Source: Flavobacteriaceae bacterium
Lineage (GTDB): Bacteria; Bacteroidota; Bacteroidia; Flavobacteriales; Flavobacteriaceae
DNA length: 64,000 nucleotides
NCBI GenBank assembly: GCA_002707745.1
Contig: PANU01000022.1
Span: 3,920 to 67,919 of the forward strand
Direction of reading: 5' to 3'
The position numbers were made by a program, and so were the translations under genes. The notes beneath the pieces are model-generated. The model worked only from the letters and a program-made list of their open reading frames with translations. It searched no databases and was not told the origin of the DNA. This document shows, piece after piece, positions 39,388-48,907 of this stretch; the stretch's first letter is position 1, and the number at the start of each line of letters is the position of its first letter.

Positions 39388-42300
39388 ATGCAAGTACAGA
39401 CTCCCTATACCCCAAAAAATAAAGTTAGAATCGTTACTGCAGCCTCGCTTTTTGATGGGCATGATGCCGCTATAAATATTATGAGACGCATTATACAGGC
39501 AACTGGTGTTGAAGTAATACACTTAGGACATGACCGTAGTGTTGAAGAAGTGGTAAATACGGCCATTCAGGAGGATGCCAATGCTATAGCCATGACCTCT
39601 TATCAAGGTGGGCATAACGAGTACTTTAAATATATGTACGACCTGCTTCAGGAGAAAGGTGCCGGACATATTAAAATATTTGGCGGTGGCGGCGGTGTAA
39701 TCCTGCCTTCGGAAATTAAAGAGTTAATGGACTATGGAATTACCCGTATCTATTCACCGGACGATGGTAGGGAAATGGGCTTGCAGGGTATGATAAATGA
39801 CCTTGTTAAAACCTCAGATTTCCCCATAGGGGATTCCCTAAATGGCGAAGTGGCAAAACTTTCAAGCAAAGAACCGGGAGCTATTGCCCGGGTGATATCT
39901 TCTGCAGAGAATTTTCCTGAGGTTGCAAAAAATGCGATGAAAACCATCCATAAAAAAAATGAAACCCTTAAAACCCCTGTACTTGGTATTACTGGAACGG
40001 GAGGTGCTGGTAAATCTTCTTTAGTGGATGAGTTGGTGCGTAGATTCCTACTGGATTTCCCGGAAAAAACTATTGGGCTTATCTCTGTAGATCCCTCTAA
40101 AAGAAAAACAGGTGGTGCACTTTTGGGCGATAGAATACGCATGAATGCCATTAATTCGCCCCGGGTTTATATGCGGAGTCTTGCAACGCGACAGAGTAAC
40201 CTTGCACTTTCAAAATATGTGGCCGAAGCTATTGAAGTAATAAAGGCTGCCGAGTATGATTTAATTATCCTTGAAACATCCGGAATTGGACAAAGCGATA
40301 CTGAAATTCTGGAGCATAGCGACGTGTCCTTATATGTAATGACACCAGAGTTTGGTGCAGCAACACAGTTGGAAAAAATTGATATGCTGGATTTTGCCGA
40401 TCTGGTAGCGATCAATAAATTTGATAAACGTGGCTCTTTGGACGCGCTACGAGATGTAAAAAAACAATACATGCGTAATCACCAATTGTGGGATACGCCT
40501 CAAGACGAGTTGCCCATTTTTGGAACCATTGCATCGCAATTTAACGACCCTGGGATGAATACCTTATATAAGGCCATTATGGATCAATTAGTTTCAAAAG
40601 TAGACGCACAACTGGAAAGCACTTTTGAGATCAGCAACGAGATGAGTGAGAAAATTTTTGTCATCCCACCAGCACGAACAAGGTACCTCTCTGAAATTTC
40701 CGAAAACAACCGTGCCTACGATAAAACTGCCAGTGAGCAAGCTGAAGTAGCACAAAAGCTCTACGGAATTTTTAAAACAATGGAAACTCTTGGCAATGTC
40801 AGTCTGAGCCTGTCGAAGACGGGTGTAGATGATGATGCCCTCCGACAGGCTCAGGGTGACAACAAGGATATTTTAAAGTTACTTTTAGCTGAATTCGATC
40901 GTGTGAAAATGAATCTCGATCCTTATAATTGGGAAGTGATTACCAGTTGGGATGAAAAAGTAACTACATATAAAGACCCTGTCTATTCGTTTAAAGTACG
41001 TGATAAGGTTATTAAAATAGAAACCCATACCGAAAGTCTCTCCCACACACAAATACCTAAAGTTGCTCTGCCTAAGTACCAGGCTTGGGGCGATATTTTA
41101 AGATGGTGTTTGCAGGAAAATGTTCCGGGAGAGTTTCCGTATACTTCGGGACTGTACCCTTTTAAAAGAACAGGAGAAGATCCTGCAAGAATGTTTGCAG
41201 GCGAAGGTGGGCCGGAACGTACCAATCGCCGTTTTCATTATGTAAGCCATGGCTTGCCGGCTAAGCGCTTGTCTACAGCATTTGACAGTGTTACCCTCTA
41301 CGGAAATGATCCAGGCGAACGACCAGATATCTACGGAAAAATAGGAAACGCCGGTGTATCTATTTGTTGCCTGGATGATGCAAAAAAGCTGTACAGCGGT
41401 TTCGATCTGAGTAATCCTATGACCTCGGTGAGTATGACTATAAACGGACCTGCACCTATGTTGCTGGGCTTTTTTATGAATGCAGCCATCGATCAGAATT
41501 GTGAAAAATACATTACTGAACATGGACTGGAAACCGAAACCGAAACTAAGATAGCAGCGTTGTACAAAGACAAAATACGCCCAGAGTACCAGGGGAAACT
41601 ACCCGAAGGTAATAATGGGCTGGGCTTGATGCTTCTTGGGGTTACAGGCGATCAAGTGCTGCCTAAAGAGGTGTACGAAAAAATTAAGATAGATACATTA
41701 AAGCAGGTAAGAGGGACAGTACAGGCCGATATTTTAAAAGAAGACCAGGCACAAAACACCTGTATTTTTTCGACTGAATTTGCCTTGCGTTTAATGGGAG
41801 ATGTGCAGGAATATTTTATCGAGCAACAAGTCCGTAATTTTTACTCTGTTTCAATTAGTGGCTACCATATAGCTGAAGCAGGAGCCAATCCCATTACCCA
41901 ACTGGCTTTTACATTGGCAAATGGTTTTACCTACGTAGAGTATTATTTAAGTCGGGGCATGGATATTAATAAATTTGGTCCCAATTTATCGTTCTTTTTT
42001 AGTAATGGGATAGATCCGGAGTATTCAGTTATTGGTCGGGTGGCTCGTAAAATCTGGGCAAAAGCATTAAAAAATAAGTACAATGCGAATCCGAGAGCAC
42101 AAATGCTGAAATATCACATTCAAACTTCTGGACGTAGTTTACACGCTCAGGAAATAGATTTTAATGATATTAGAACCACCCTTCAGGCACTTTATGCCAT
42201 TTATGATAATTGTAATAGTTTGCATACCAATGCCTACGATGAAGCTATTACTACGCCAACCGAAGAAAGTGTCCGTCGCGCTATGGCTATCCAGCTTATT

Positions 42301-42810
42301 ATTAATAAAGAACTTGGTTTGGCGAAAAATGAAAACCCAATACAGGGAAGTTTTATTATTGAAGAATTAACCGACTTGGTTGAAGAAGCCGTATTGGAGG
42401 AATTTGATCGCTTAACCGAGCGTGGCGGTGTTCTGGGAGCAATGGAAACCATGTATCAACGCAGTAAAATACAGGAAGAAAGTTTGTACTATGAAACGCT
42501 GAAACATACAGGCGAATTTCCGATTATTGGTGTAAACACTTTCTTAAGTAGTAAAGGTTCGCCAACAGTACAACCTGCCGAAGTAATTAGAGCTACAGAA
42601 GATGAAAAACAATATCAGATTGAAGTGGTTAAAAACTTAAACGAACGCAACGATGCTAAAGTTTCAGAATTACTAAAAGAATTACAGCAAAAATCTGTAA
42701 ATAATGAAAATATCTTTGAGGCTTTAATGGAGGTTTGTAAATATGCATCATTAGGTCAAATTACCCATTCCTTATTTGAAGTAGGAGGACAATACAGAAG
42801 AAACATGTAA
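39388..42810 (+). CDS. icmF: Fused B12-dependent acyl-CoA mutase / MeaB-like GTPase (IcmF type)
   Basis: B12-binding [17 protein letters not shown], then mutase domain ([21 protein letters not shown]). Confidence 0.9.
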   Translation: MQVQTPYTPKNKVRIVTAASLFDGHDAAINIMRRIIQATGVEVIHLGHDRSVEEVVNTAIQEDANAIAMTSYQGGHNEYFKYMYDLLQEKGAGHIKIFGGGGGVILPSEIKELMDYGITRIYSPDDGREMGLQGMINDLVKTSDFPIGDSLNGEVAKLSSKEPGAIARVISSAENFPEVAKNAMKTIHKKNETLKTPVLGITGTGGAGKSSLVDELVRRFLLDFPEKTIGLISVDPSKRKTGGALLGDRIRMNAINSPRVYMRSLATRQSNLALSKYVAEAIEVIKAAEYDLIILETSGIGQSDTEILEHSDVSLYVMTPEFGAATQLEKIDMLDFADLVAINKFDKRGSLDALRDVKKQYMRNHQLWDTPQDELPIFGTIASQFNDPGMNTLYKAIMDQLVSKVDAQLESTFEISNEMSEKIFVIPPARTRYLSEISENNRAYDKTASEQAEVAQKLYGIFKTMETLGNVSLSLSKTGVDDDALRQAQGDNKDILKLLLAEFDRVKMNLDPYNWEVITSWDEKVTTYKDPVYSFKVRDKVIKIETHTESLSHTQIPKVALPKYQAWGDILRWCLQENVPGEFPYTSGLYPFKRTGEDPARMFAGEGGPERTNRRFHYVSHGLPAKRLSTAFDSVTLYGNDPGERPDIYGKIGNAGVSICCLDDAKKLYSGFDLSNPMTSVSMTINGPAPMLLGFFMNAAIDQNCEKYITEHGLETETETKIAALYKDKIRPEYQGKLPEGNNGLGLMLLGVTGDQVLPKEVYEKIKIDTLKQVRGTVQADILKEDQAQNTCIFSTEFALRLMGDVQEYFIEQQVRNFYSVSISGYHIAEAGANPITQLAFTLANGFTYVEYYLSRGMDINKFGPNLSFFFSNGIDPEYSVIGRVARKIWAKALKNKYNANPRAQMLKYHIQTSGRSLHAQEIDFNDIRTTLQALYAIYDNCNSLHTNAYDEAITTPTEESVRRAMAIQLIINKELGLAKNENPIQGSFIIEELTDLVEEAVLEEFDRLTERGGVLGAMETMYQRSKIQEESLYYETLKHTGEFPIIGVNTFLSSKGSPTVQPAEVIRATEDEKQYQIEVVKNLNERNDAKVSELLKELQQKSVNNENIFEALMEVCKYASLGQITHSLFEVGGQYRRNM
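40797..40861. repeat. GTCA..CTGAGC.TGTCGAAG-type palindromic element inside the icmF coding sequence
   Basis: tgtcagtctgagcctgtcgaag ... ctccgacaggctcagggtgaca, read in-frame as VSLSLSK...LRQAQGD. Confidence 0.8.
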
Positions 42811-42818
42811 GCAGACAC

Positions 42819-43122
42819 TTGGTCTCGCTTTTTCAGCGAGGCCTTAGTGGTCGCTTATCCCGACTTTTTTTGTCGGGATCCTTAGTTGCTTTTCAAAGGT
42901 TTTTGTTTGGTCTCGCTTTTTCAGCGAGGCCTTAGTGGTCGCTTATCCCGACTTTTTTTGTCGGGATCTTGAGTTGCTTTTCAAAGGTTTTTGTTTGGTC
43001 TCGCTTTTTCAGCGAGGCCTTAGTGGTCGCTTATCCCGACTTTTTTTGTCGGGATCTTTAGTTGCTTTTCGAAGGTTTTTATTTGGTCTCGCTTTTTCAG
43101 CGAGACCTTAGTGGTCGCTTAT
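42819..43122. repeat. 88-bp tandem repeat (about 3.5 copies), two hairpins per unit (BIME-like)
   Basis: Units start at 42819, 42907, 42995 and 43083; hairpins GGTCTCGCT-TTTTC-AGCGAG(G/A)CC and ATCCCGAC-T7-GTCGGGAT. Confidence 0.95.
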
Positions 43123-43149
43123 TTCAAAAAGAGGAAAGTAAGTAAGGTA

Positions 43150-43545
43150 TTAAAGTGTGAGCATCCAGGTACGTTGCAGCTTACTGAATTTCTTAAGCTC
43201 TTTACGAAGTATGGGTAAAAAGTCTTTTCCGTTACTGTTACTTCTTTCCAGGCGTTCACAGTTTCGGTATAAGGAATTGGTAAGTCTGGTAACCGAAGCA
43301 ATATGTTTTTGTTTTTCTTCAGAAAAAGATTGTTGTTCGGCTTTTAAAATTTCAGGAGCCAGTGAAATAGATTGTTGCACAATATCACCTGTAAAATAGA
43401 TATGTTCGTGCTCCGACCCGTCTTCATTTAAAGTGCCAAAATCATGAACAAAGTATTGCGAAATATTTCGGGAAAGCGCAAAAATTTCCTGTGCCTTTTT
43501 ATAAATGGCAGATTGAGGAAAGTGTGAGTGTGCTGTAGGTAACAC
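43150..43545 (-). CDS. Conserved hypothetical helical protein (four-helix-bundle-like)
   Basis: IYKKAQEIF..LAPEILKAE..LRKELKKF..W; GTG start. Confidence 0.7.
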   Translation of the reverse strand: MLPTAHSHFPQSAIYKKAQEIFALSRNISQYFVHDFGTLNEDGSEHEHIYFTGDIVQQSISLAPEILKAEQQSFSEEKQKHIASVTRLTNSLYRNCERLERSNSNGKDFLPILRKELKKFSKLQRTWMLTL

Positions 43546-43669
43546 GATTTATATAGCTAATTTTTTATTTTCTCAAATTTAATGAGATAATTAGAGTTAT
43601 GCACATCGATTTTAAGGTAAATGCTTAATTTTGGTTTAATTTTTAAATTAATTTAAAATAATTCTTTAA

Positions 43670-44119
43670 ATGAAGGTAGATGCACTTAATTGGAAAATTC
43701 TGCAACATTTGCAGCAAAATGCGAGGCTCAGTAATTCTGAGATAGGAAGGCAGGTAGGTATAAGTTCGCCAGCAGTTTCCGAACGCATAAAAAAAATGGA
43801 AGATGCTGGTATTATACATAGTTATCGTACAGTAATTTCACCTTTTGAAACCGGATACCAGTTAAAGGCAATTATAACCTTACGGGCTTTTATGGGTAAA
43901 CTGAAACCTTTTTTGGAAAAGGTAAAAACATACGATGAGGTACTTAATTGTTATCGTATAACAGGGAATGAAAATATTGTAATGGAAGTAGTTTTGCGTA
44001 ATCAGAAACATCTGGAAGGTCTAATAGACCAATTAATTATTTATGGGGAGACAAAAACTCAAATTGTACTCTCTCATGTGGTAGCTAATAACAGTATTAA
44101 ACCCATAAAGCCTTTATGA
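43670..44119 (+). CDS. Lrp/AsnC family regulator
   Basis: LQQNARLS..EIGRQVGISSPAVSERIKKMEDAGII, CYRITG. Confidence 0.95.
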   Translation: MKVDALNWKILQHLQQNARLSNSEIGRQVGISSPAVSERIKKMEDAGIIHSYRTVISPFETGYQLKAIITLRAFMGKLKPFLEKVKTYDEVLNCYRITGNENIVMEVVLRNQKHLEGLIDQLIIYGETKTQIVLSHVVANNSIKPIKPL

Positions 44120-44241
44120 ATTAAAAGTTAAAGAAATTAGCAATGACTTTTACTTTCGTTAAAGAATATACAATTGGGGTTTCGTTAATATTTTGCTGTG
44201 GTAATAAAAGGTAATTTAGTATAAAATTAATTGATCATACC

Positions 44242-44481
44242 ATGAAAAAATATACGATACACTTTTTGCTTTTAACTTTACTAACACTTGTGCTTGGGTT
44301 TTCTGGACTTGAATTTCCTGGCGCTTCTGTAGTTCGCTTTGTATGTTTGCTTTCTGGAATTGGACTTATGGTATCTTGTCTGGATGCTGTAATATTAAGT
44401 AAGCGTAAAAGAAAAATGAAGAAAAAATTAAAAGCTGAAAAAATAAAAATGGATTCCCCTTTAGAATCATTTAATAACTAA
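44242..44481 (+). CDS. Small membrane protein (DUF1328-like)
   Basis: Two TM segments with VLGFSGL and a basic tail. Confidence 0.6.
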   Translation: MKKYTIHFLLLTLLTLVLGFSGLEFPGASVVRFVCLLSGIGLMVSCLDAVILSKRKRKMKKKLKAEKIKMDSPLESFNN

Positions 44482-45231
44482 ATGAGGTACTTTTTCTAAG
44501 TCCCATTCTAGTACAAGCCCACCCGCAAGGGATTGGGCTATTTTTTTACCGTATAAATATTCACACAGGTATAGTGCCGCTTCAAAACTTTTTGCTCCGC
44601 CAGCCGATGTAATATATTTGCCATCATGTACAAAGAGAACGTCTTTTCTAATATCCAGGGAGGGAAACATGGTTTGCATAGCGTTTACATCGCTTGGAAA
44701 CGTTGTTGCTACACTTTCTTTTAGTAAGCCAGCCTTAGCAAGTACAAATGCGCCATCGCAATGTGAAGTTACAAATTGAGCTTCTTTATCAACCTCCTGT
44801 ACAAATTTTATAAGCCGCTCATCCTCTAGGTCAGTATCGAGATGGTGTTCGGCACTGGGTACTACTAGAATATCTATTTTGGGTAGGGTGTCCCTGGTAT
44901 AATCATAATCTGGTAGCATACGTATTCCTTCAAATGAAGTTACGGGTTGCAGGGTGTTGGCTACTGTAAATACATTCATAGCCTTAATGCTATCTCTAAA
45001 AATAGTGTGTTGAAAAATATCAAACGGGGCCGTTAATTCGGTATTGTAAACACCTTCCATAATCAGGAACGCTACATTATAGCGTGTACTGTCCAGTTTA
45101 GGATAGTGTCTTTTCTTCAAAATCTGTGCAGATTCCTCACTACTTTCTTGTGCCAAATGTTTTTCTTCTTCGGAAATTTCCGCGCAAGCAAAAACACTCA
45201 ACATACCTATTGTCCAAAGTATTTTTCTCAT
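44467..45231 (-). CDS. DJ-1/PfpI family lipoprotein
   Basis: FAC lipobox, ELTAPFDIF, SHCDGAFVLAKAG, TSAGG. Confidence 0.88.
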   Translation of the reverse strand: MRKILWTIGMLSVFACAEISEEEKHLAQESSEESAQILKKRHYPKLDSTRYNVAFLIMEGVYNTELTAPFDIFQHTIFRDSIKAMNVFTVANTLQPVTSFEGIRMLPDYDYTRDTLPKIDILVVPSAEHHLDTDLEDERLIKFVQEVDKEAQFVTSHCDGAFVLAKAGLLKESVATTFPSDVNAMQTMFPSLDIRKDVLFVHDGKYITSAGGAKSFEAALYLCEYLYGKKIAQSLAGGLVLEWDLEKVPHLVIK

Positions 45232-46466
45232 TGTTTTAGTTCTGAAGTTATGGCTAAAATAGTCTTTTTCTTTACTTTTTTATGCAGCCAAAGTGTCATT
45301 ATTGAAACAATTATAAGAATACCAAAAAGTAAAAACCATGTACTTCTGTACCCGAATTGATCCACTAAATTCATCCCGCCATTGTGCCCAAAAATATGAG
45401 ATACCGAAAAGCTCATGCTGTATAAGCCCATATAGCTTCCTTTTCTGCCTTTTGGGGCCATTTCTAAAGCTAAGGCGTTTGAGAAAGGAGAGCCAATCAT
45501 TTCTCCTAGTGTCATTAAAATCATTCCTAATAGTAACATGGAAAAAGCATCGCTCAGGTTGAGAACTAAAAAACTTAGCGCCAAAAAGACCATGCCCCAA
45601 AATGTAGCCATGGTTTTTGAAATATTAATACGTTCCAGCCACCCCACTAAGGGCATTTCAAAAGCTACTATGAGGATGCCGTTAAGAAACAGAATGCCGC
45701 CAATAACATCTTCAGATAAATTATGTGCCTGCTCATAGTATAAGGGAACAACAGAGAAATACTGCACAAACATCATAGTGCTTAATACCATAATTACAAT
45801 TAGCAGAAGGAACAAACTGTTTTTGTATGGGGAAATTCCTTCTTTAATTTTTATTGTTGCTTCTTCTTCCCTGGAAACCCTTTTAGGTTTTAGTAAAATA
45901 AAAAGTAACACTGCAGCAAGGATACACGTTACTCCATCTATCCAGAACAGAGAATTGTAACTTATACGAGCAATTATAATTCCACCAATTACCGGACCAA
46001 TAGAAAATCCAAGGTTTATGGCAAGGCGAATGAGAGCAATGCTTCTGGTAACATTTTTTGGTTTGCTATATGCATCGCAAGCTACAAAAATGGCAGGGCG
46101 GTAGGCGTCTGCAACAAAAATGAGGGCAAATATTCCCACGCAAAAACCAAAAAATGACTCCATAAACTGTAAGGCAATAAATCCTAGGCCTCCTAAAAAT
46201 AAACTGGTAGTAATTACTTTGTAAGCTCCTATGGTATCGGTTAATTTACCACCTACCCAGGTGCCTGCCAATGACCCAAGTCCAAAACAAGTCATAATCC
46301 ATCCCACTTGCGGCAATGTAAAGCCTTTTGCATTTACGAGATACAGCGATAAAAACGGAATTACCATTGCGCCGGCCCGATTGATAAACGTAACAAGGGA
46401 GAGCAGCCAGATTTCTCGGGACAGACCAGAAAAATTTGCAATATAGTTGGTGTAGAGCTTTCTCAT
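45228..46466 (-). CDS. MFS transporter (MdtH-like drug exporter)
   Basis: About 12 TM segments, GGKLTDTIG motif A, INLGFSIGP; ATG at 46466 (MRKLY) preferred. Confidence 0.9.
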   Translation of the reverse strand: MRKLYTNYIANFSGLSREIWLLSLVTFINRAGAMVIPFLSLYLVNAKGFTLPQVGWIMTCFGLGSLAGTWVGGKLTDTIGAYKVITTSLFLGGLGFIALQFMESFFGFCVGIFALIFVADAYRPAIFVACDAYSKPKNVTRSIALIRLAINLGFSIGPVIGGIIIARISYNSLFWIDGVTCILAAVLLFILLKPKRVSREEEATIKIKEGISPYKNSLFLLLIVIMVLSTMMFVQYFSVVPLYYEQAHNLSEDVIGGILFLNGILIVAFEMPLVGWLERINISKTMATFWGMVFLALSFLVLNLSDAFSMLLLGMILMTLGEMIGSPFSNALALEMAPKGRKGSYMGLYSMSFSVSHIFGHNGGMNLVDQFGYRSTWFLLFGILIIVSIMTLWLHKKVKKKTILAITSELKQ

Positions 46467-46483
46467 CTTGGTTGAAATGGTGT

Positions 46484-46645
46484 AAAAATAAAATGTCCCG
46501 CACAATGGCGGGACGTTTTTATATTGAATTGTGTTATAGTTTCATTGTCAATACATACCTGTCCCGTAGCTGTAATTTCTCCAGACGTTAATTTTACAAG
46601 TGTATATTTTGTTTTTCATGATAGGATGATACAATGTCAAATGTA
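46484..46645 (-). promoter_or_regulatory. Attenuator: promoter, leader ORF and terminator upstream of the MFS gene
   Basis: TACATTTG at 46645-46638; terminator GTCCCGC-CATTGT-GCGGGAC-ATTTTATTTTT (stem 46514-46495); competing CGGGACA at 46566-46560. Confidence 0.7.
46548..46619 (-). CDS. Putative leader peptide MKNKIYTCKINVWRNYSYGTGMY
   Basis: 23-codon ORF between the promoter element and the terminator; contains the anti-terminator arm. Confidence 0.6.
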   Translation of the reverse strand: MKNKIYTCKINVWRNYSYGTGMY

Positions 46646-46734
46646 CATTCTTTTTTTTGAAATTATCTATTGGAATGGGTTTATATGAATTGCATTTTAT
46701 TTAAATGGTGTACTTTTGAAACAAATAGAACCCC

Positions 46735-47340
46735 ATGAAATTTATTGCATCCTTTCTTTTTTTACTGGTAAGTGTTTCAATACCTGCACAAAATTCTGAA
46801 ATGGTAACAGAAATTGAAGCGTACCAGGCTTCTGAAAATGAAAAATTTGCAAACCCTGAAACTACTATTTTACAGAAAAAGGATTTTAGGAAATTCAACG
46901 GATTAGATTTTTATCCCATTAACTTGGAGTATAGGGTAGTGGCAACTTTTGTACGCACCCCGGACGAACTTCCTTTTTTAATGCCCACTTCTACCAAACG
47001 ACTTCCAGAATATGTGAAATATGGGGAAGCGCATTTTACGATAAAAGGGGAAGCCCTTACATTAAATCTATATCAAAGCACAACCCCAAGCGAAGATCCC
47101 GCGTATAAAGATTATTTGTTTGTACCCTTTACCGATCTTACAAGTGGTAATGGTAGTTATGCTGGAGGCCGGTTTTTAGACACTTTTATTCCAAAAGGAA
47201 TGACCCTGGTGTTGGATTTTAATAAAGCCTATAACCCTTATTGTGCTTACAACCCTAACTACTCATGCCCAATTCCACCTCCAGAAAATGATTTGTCGGT
47301 TCATATTGAGGCAGGAGTAAAAGATTTTGGAAAGCACTAA
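46735..47340 (+). CDS. DUF1684 family protein
   Basis: PFTDLTSG..YAGGRFLD, DFNKAYNPYCAYN..CPIPP. Confidence 0.92.
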   Translation: MKFIASFLFLLVSVSIPAQNSEMVTEIEAYQASENEKFANPETTILQKKDFRKFNGLDFYPINLEYRVVATFVRTPDELPFLMPTSTKRLPEYVKYGEAHFTIKGEALTLNLYQSTTPSEDPAYKDYLFVPFTDLTSGNGSYAGGRFLDTFIPKGMTLVLDFNKAYNPYCAYNPNYSCPIPPPENDLSVHIEAGVKDFGKH

Positions 47341-47708
47341 GTAAAGCGCACCAGCCAAATACCAAAAAATACTGCTGCAAAACCAATTATAAAGCTACCA
47401 ATGGTATAGAGCGCAAATGCTGTGAAATCTCCGGTTTTAAGCAACACGTGATTTTCATATGCAAATGTGGAGAAAGTAGTAAAACCACCACAAAACCCTG
47501 TTGCCAGAAATAAAATAGTATTTTGTGAGAGGGTGTCATTTTTTACAGCGAAACCTAAAATAATACCAATAAACAAACTCCCTAACATATTGGCCAGAAA
47601 AGTGCCATAAGGGATACCTGTAGTAGAGTTGTTTACATAATTGCCTACAATATAACGCAGGCTACTGCCTAGCCCACCTCCTAAAAATACCAAGAGCAAC
47701 TGCTTCAT
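47337..47708 (-). CDS. crcB: Fluoride channel Fluc/CrcB
   Basis: GGGLGSSLRY, PYGTFLAN, GFCGGFTTFSTF. Confidence 0.96.
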   Translation of the reverse strand: MKQLLLVFLGGGLGSSLRYIVGNYVNNSTTGIPYGTFLANMLGSLFIGIILGFAVKNDTLSQNTILFLATGFCGGFTTFSTFAYENHVLLKTGDFTAFALYTIGSFIIGFAAVFFGIWLVRFT

Positions 47709-47709
47709 G

Positions 47710-48768
47710 TTATTGAACTTCTTCTTCCGGAACCAAAACAGGCATATAAATTTCTGTAACGTAGTTTGCCGGATTCGGAACTTCCCCTGGATCTGTTACA
47801 TATACTTCAAACATATTGGCGGTAGGGTGTGGTTGCATCCCGTTTTGAGTTATATAGTTTTGGGCTTGCGCATAGGCTTCGGGTAAATTTTCATAGGCTC
47901 CTTTTAGCGTCGTTTTTAAGGCAGAAACGGGTTCCATAAACCCAGAAACAACGGTGCTTCCTTCTGGAGTAATTACTCTATCTCTTACCGGAATACAGGC
48001 CGAAAAAATAACAGTACCGTTTACTTCGTCTATTTGATTATACAGCGTAAAAGGTTTGCCTGCCATAGGTATTTTATTGGCTTCCATATAGTTTGTCACC
48101 TGTTCCATCATAGCGCCCATTTTTGCGCCAATATCACTCATATTGGCTGAGGTTGAATTGTACATATAATAGCCTCCGCCGTGTTGGGTAATACCGTCTA
48201 CATTTACGGTGAACTTCTTCATTTCATCTGTAACTATCTGATCAAGATTGGTAAGACCTTGATTGAACATGGCACCAACCATAGCATCAAAATCTTCAGA
48301 ACTAAAACTCATAAGTACCTTTTCCATAAAAGATTGCTCACCTTTCATCCCCCAGGTAACTCGCGTAGTAGCAGGGGTGTCACCTTCTTCAAATTTCCAA
48401 TACACATCACTTCCACTATCTCCCATAGGGGTGTTAAAAACTATTTTTTGTTCAATTTCTTTGTTTGGGATTACTTTTATGGTTTTCATAGAGCCATCTC
48501 CTACTTCTTCACTTTTCCAACTGTAGGAAGCACCTTCGCCTTCGGTTTTTTCTGCGTAGTTTAGCTCAATATTTTCATCTTCGGTCATCCATGGACCCCA
48601 GGATTCCCAATTTTTAAAATCTTTTACTGTGTTGTATATAACTTCAGCAGGAGCTTGTATGGTTTTGGTTTTAGCCACATCAAAAGAACCATCTTTGGTA
48701 GCGAAATAAATGGAGCCGCCAATGAGTACTATTAATAGTAGAAAAAAGAGATATTTTAATATTTTCAT
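47710..48768 (-). CDS. SRPBCC + GyrI-like small-molecule-binding protein
   Basis: WESWGPW..YSW..VGDG domain, then KGAYENL..EVYVTDPG..TEIYMP. Confidence 0.85.
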   Translation of the reverse strand: MKILKYLFFLLLIVLIGGSIYFATKDGSFDVAKTKTIQAPAEVIYNTVKDFKNWESWGPWMTEDENIELNYAEKTEGEGASYSWKSEEVGDGSMKTIKVIPNKEIEQKIVFNTPMGDSGSDVYWKFEEGDTPATTRVTWGMKGEQSFMEKVLMSFSSEDFDAMVGAMFNQGLTNLDQIVTDEMKKFTVNVDGITQHGGGYYMYNSTSANMSDIGAKMGAMMEQVTNYMEANKIPMAGKPFTLYNQIDEVNGTVIFSACIPVRDRVITPEGSTVVSGFMEPVSALKTTLKGAYENLPEAYAQAQNYITQNGMQPHPTANMFEVYVTDPGEVPNPANYVTEIYMPVLVPEEEVQ

Positions 48769-48907
48769 GCTAGGGAGTAATTTCGGTTGTAGATGCTAAT
48801 ATAATCAAATTTGTGACCCTATGTAGCTTGTAATGTGTTGTAACTTCAAATTTAAAAATTTCAGAACTAAATTTTGCTACATTTGTACAAAACCAAAAAT
48901 ATATATC

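Noticed and set aside
42819-43122. CRISPR array
   Set aside because: The sequences between hairpins are near-identical rather than unique spacers, the period is 88 bp, and no cas genes are in the window
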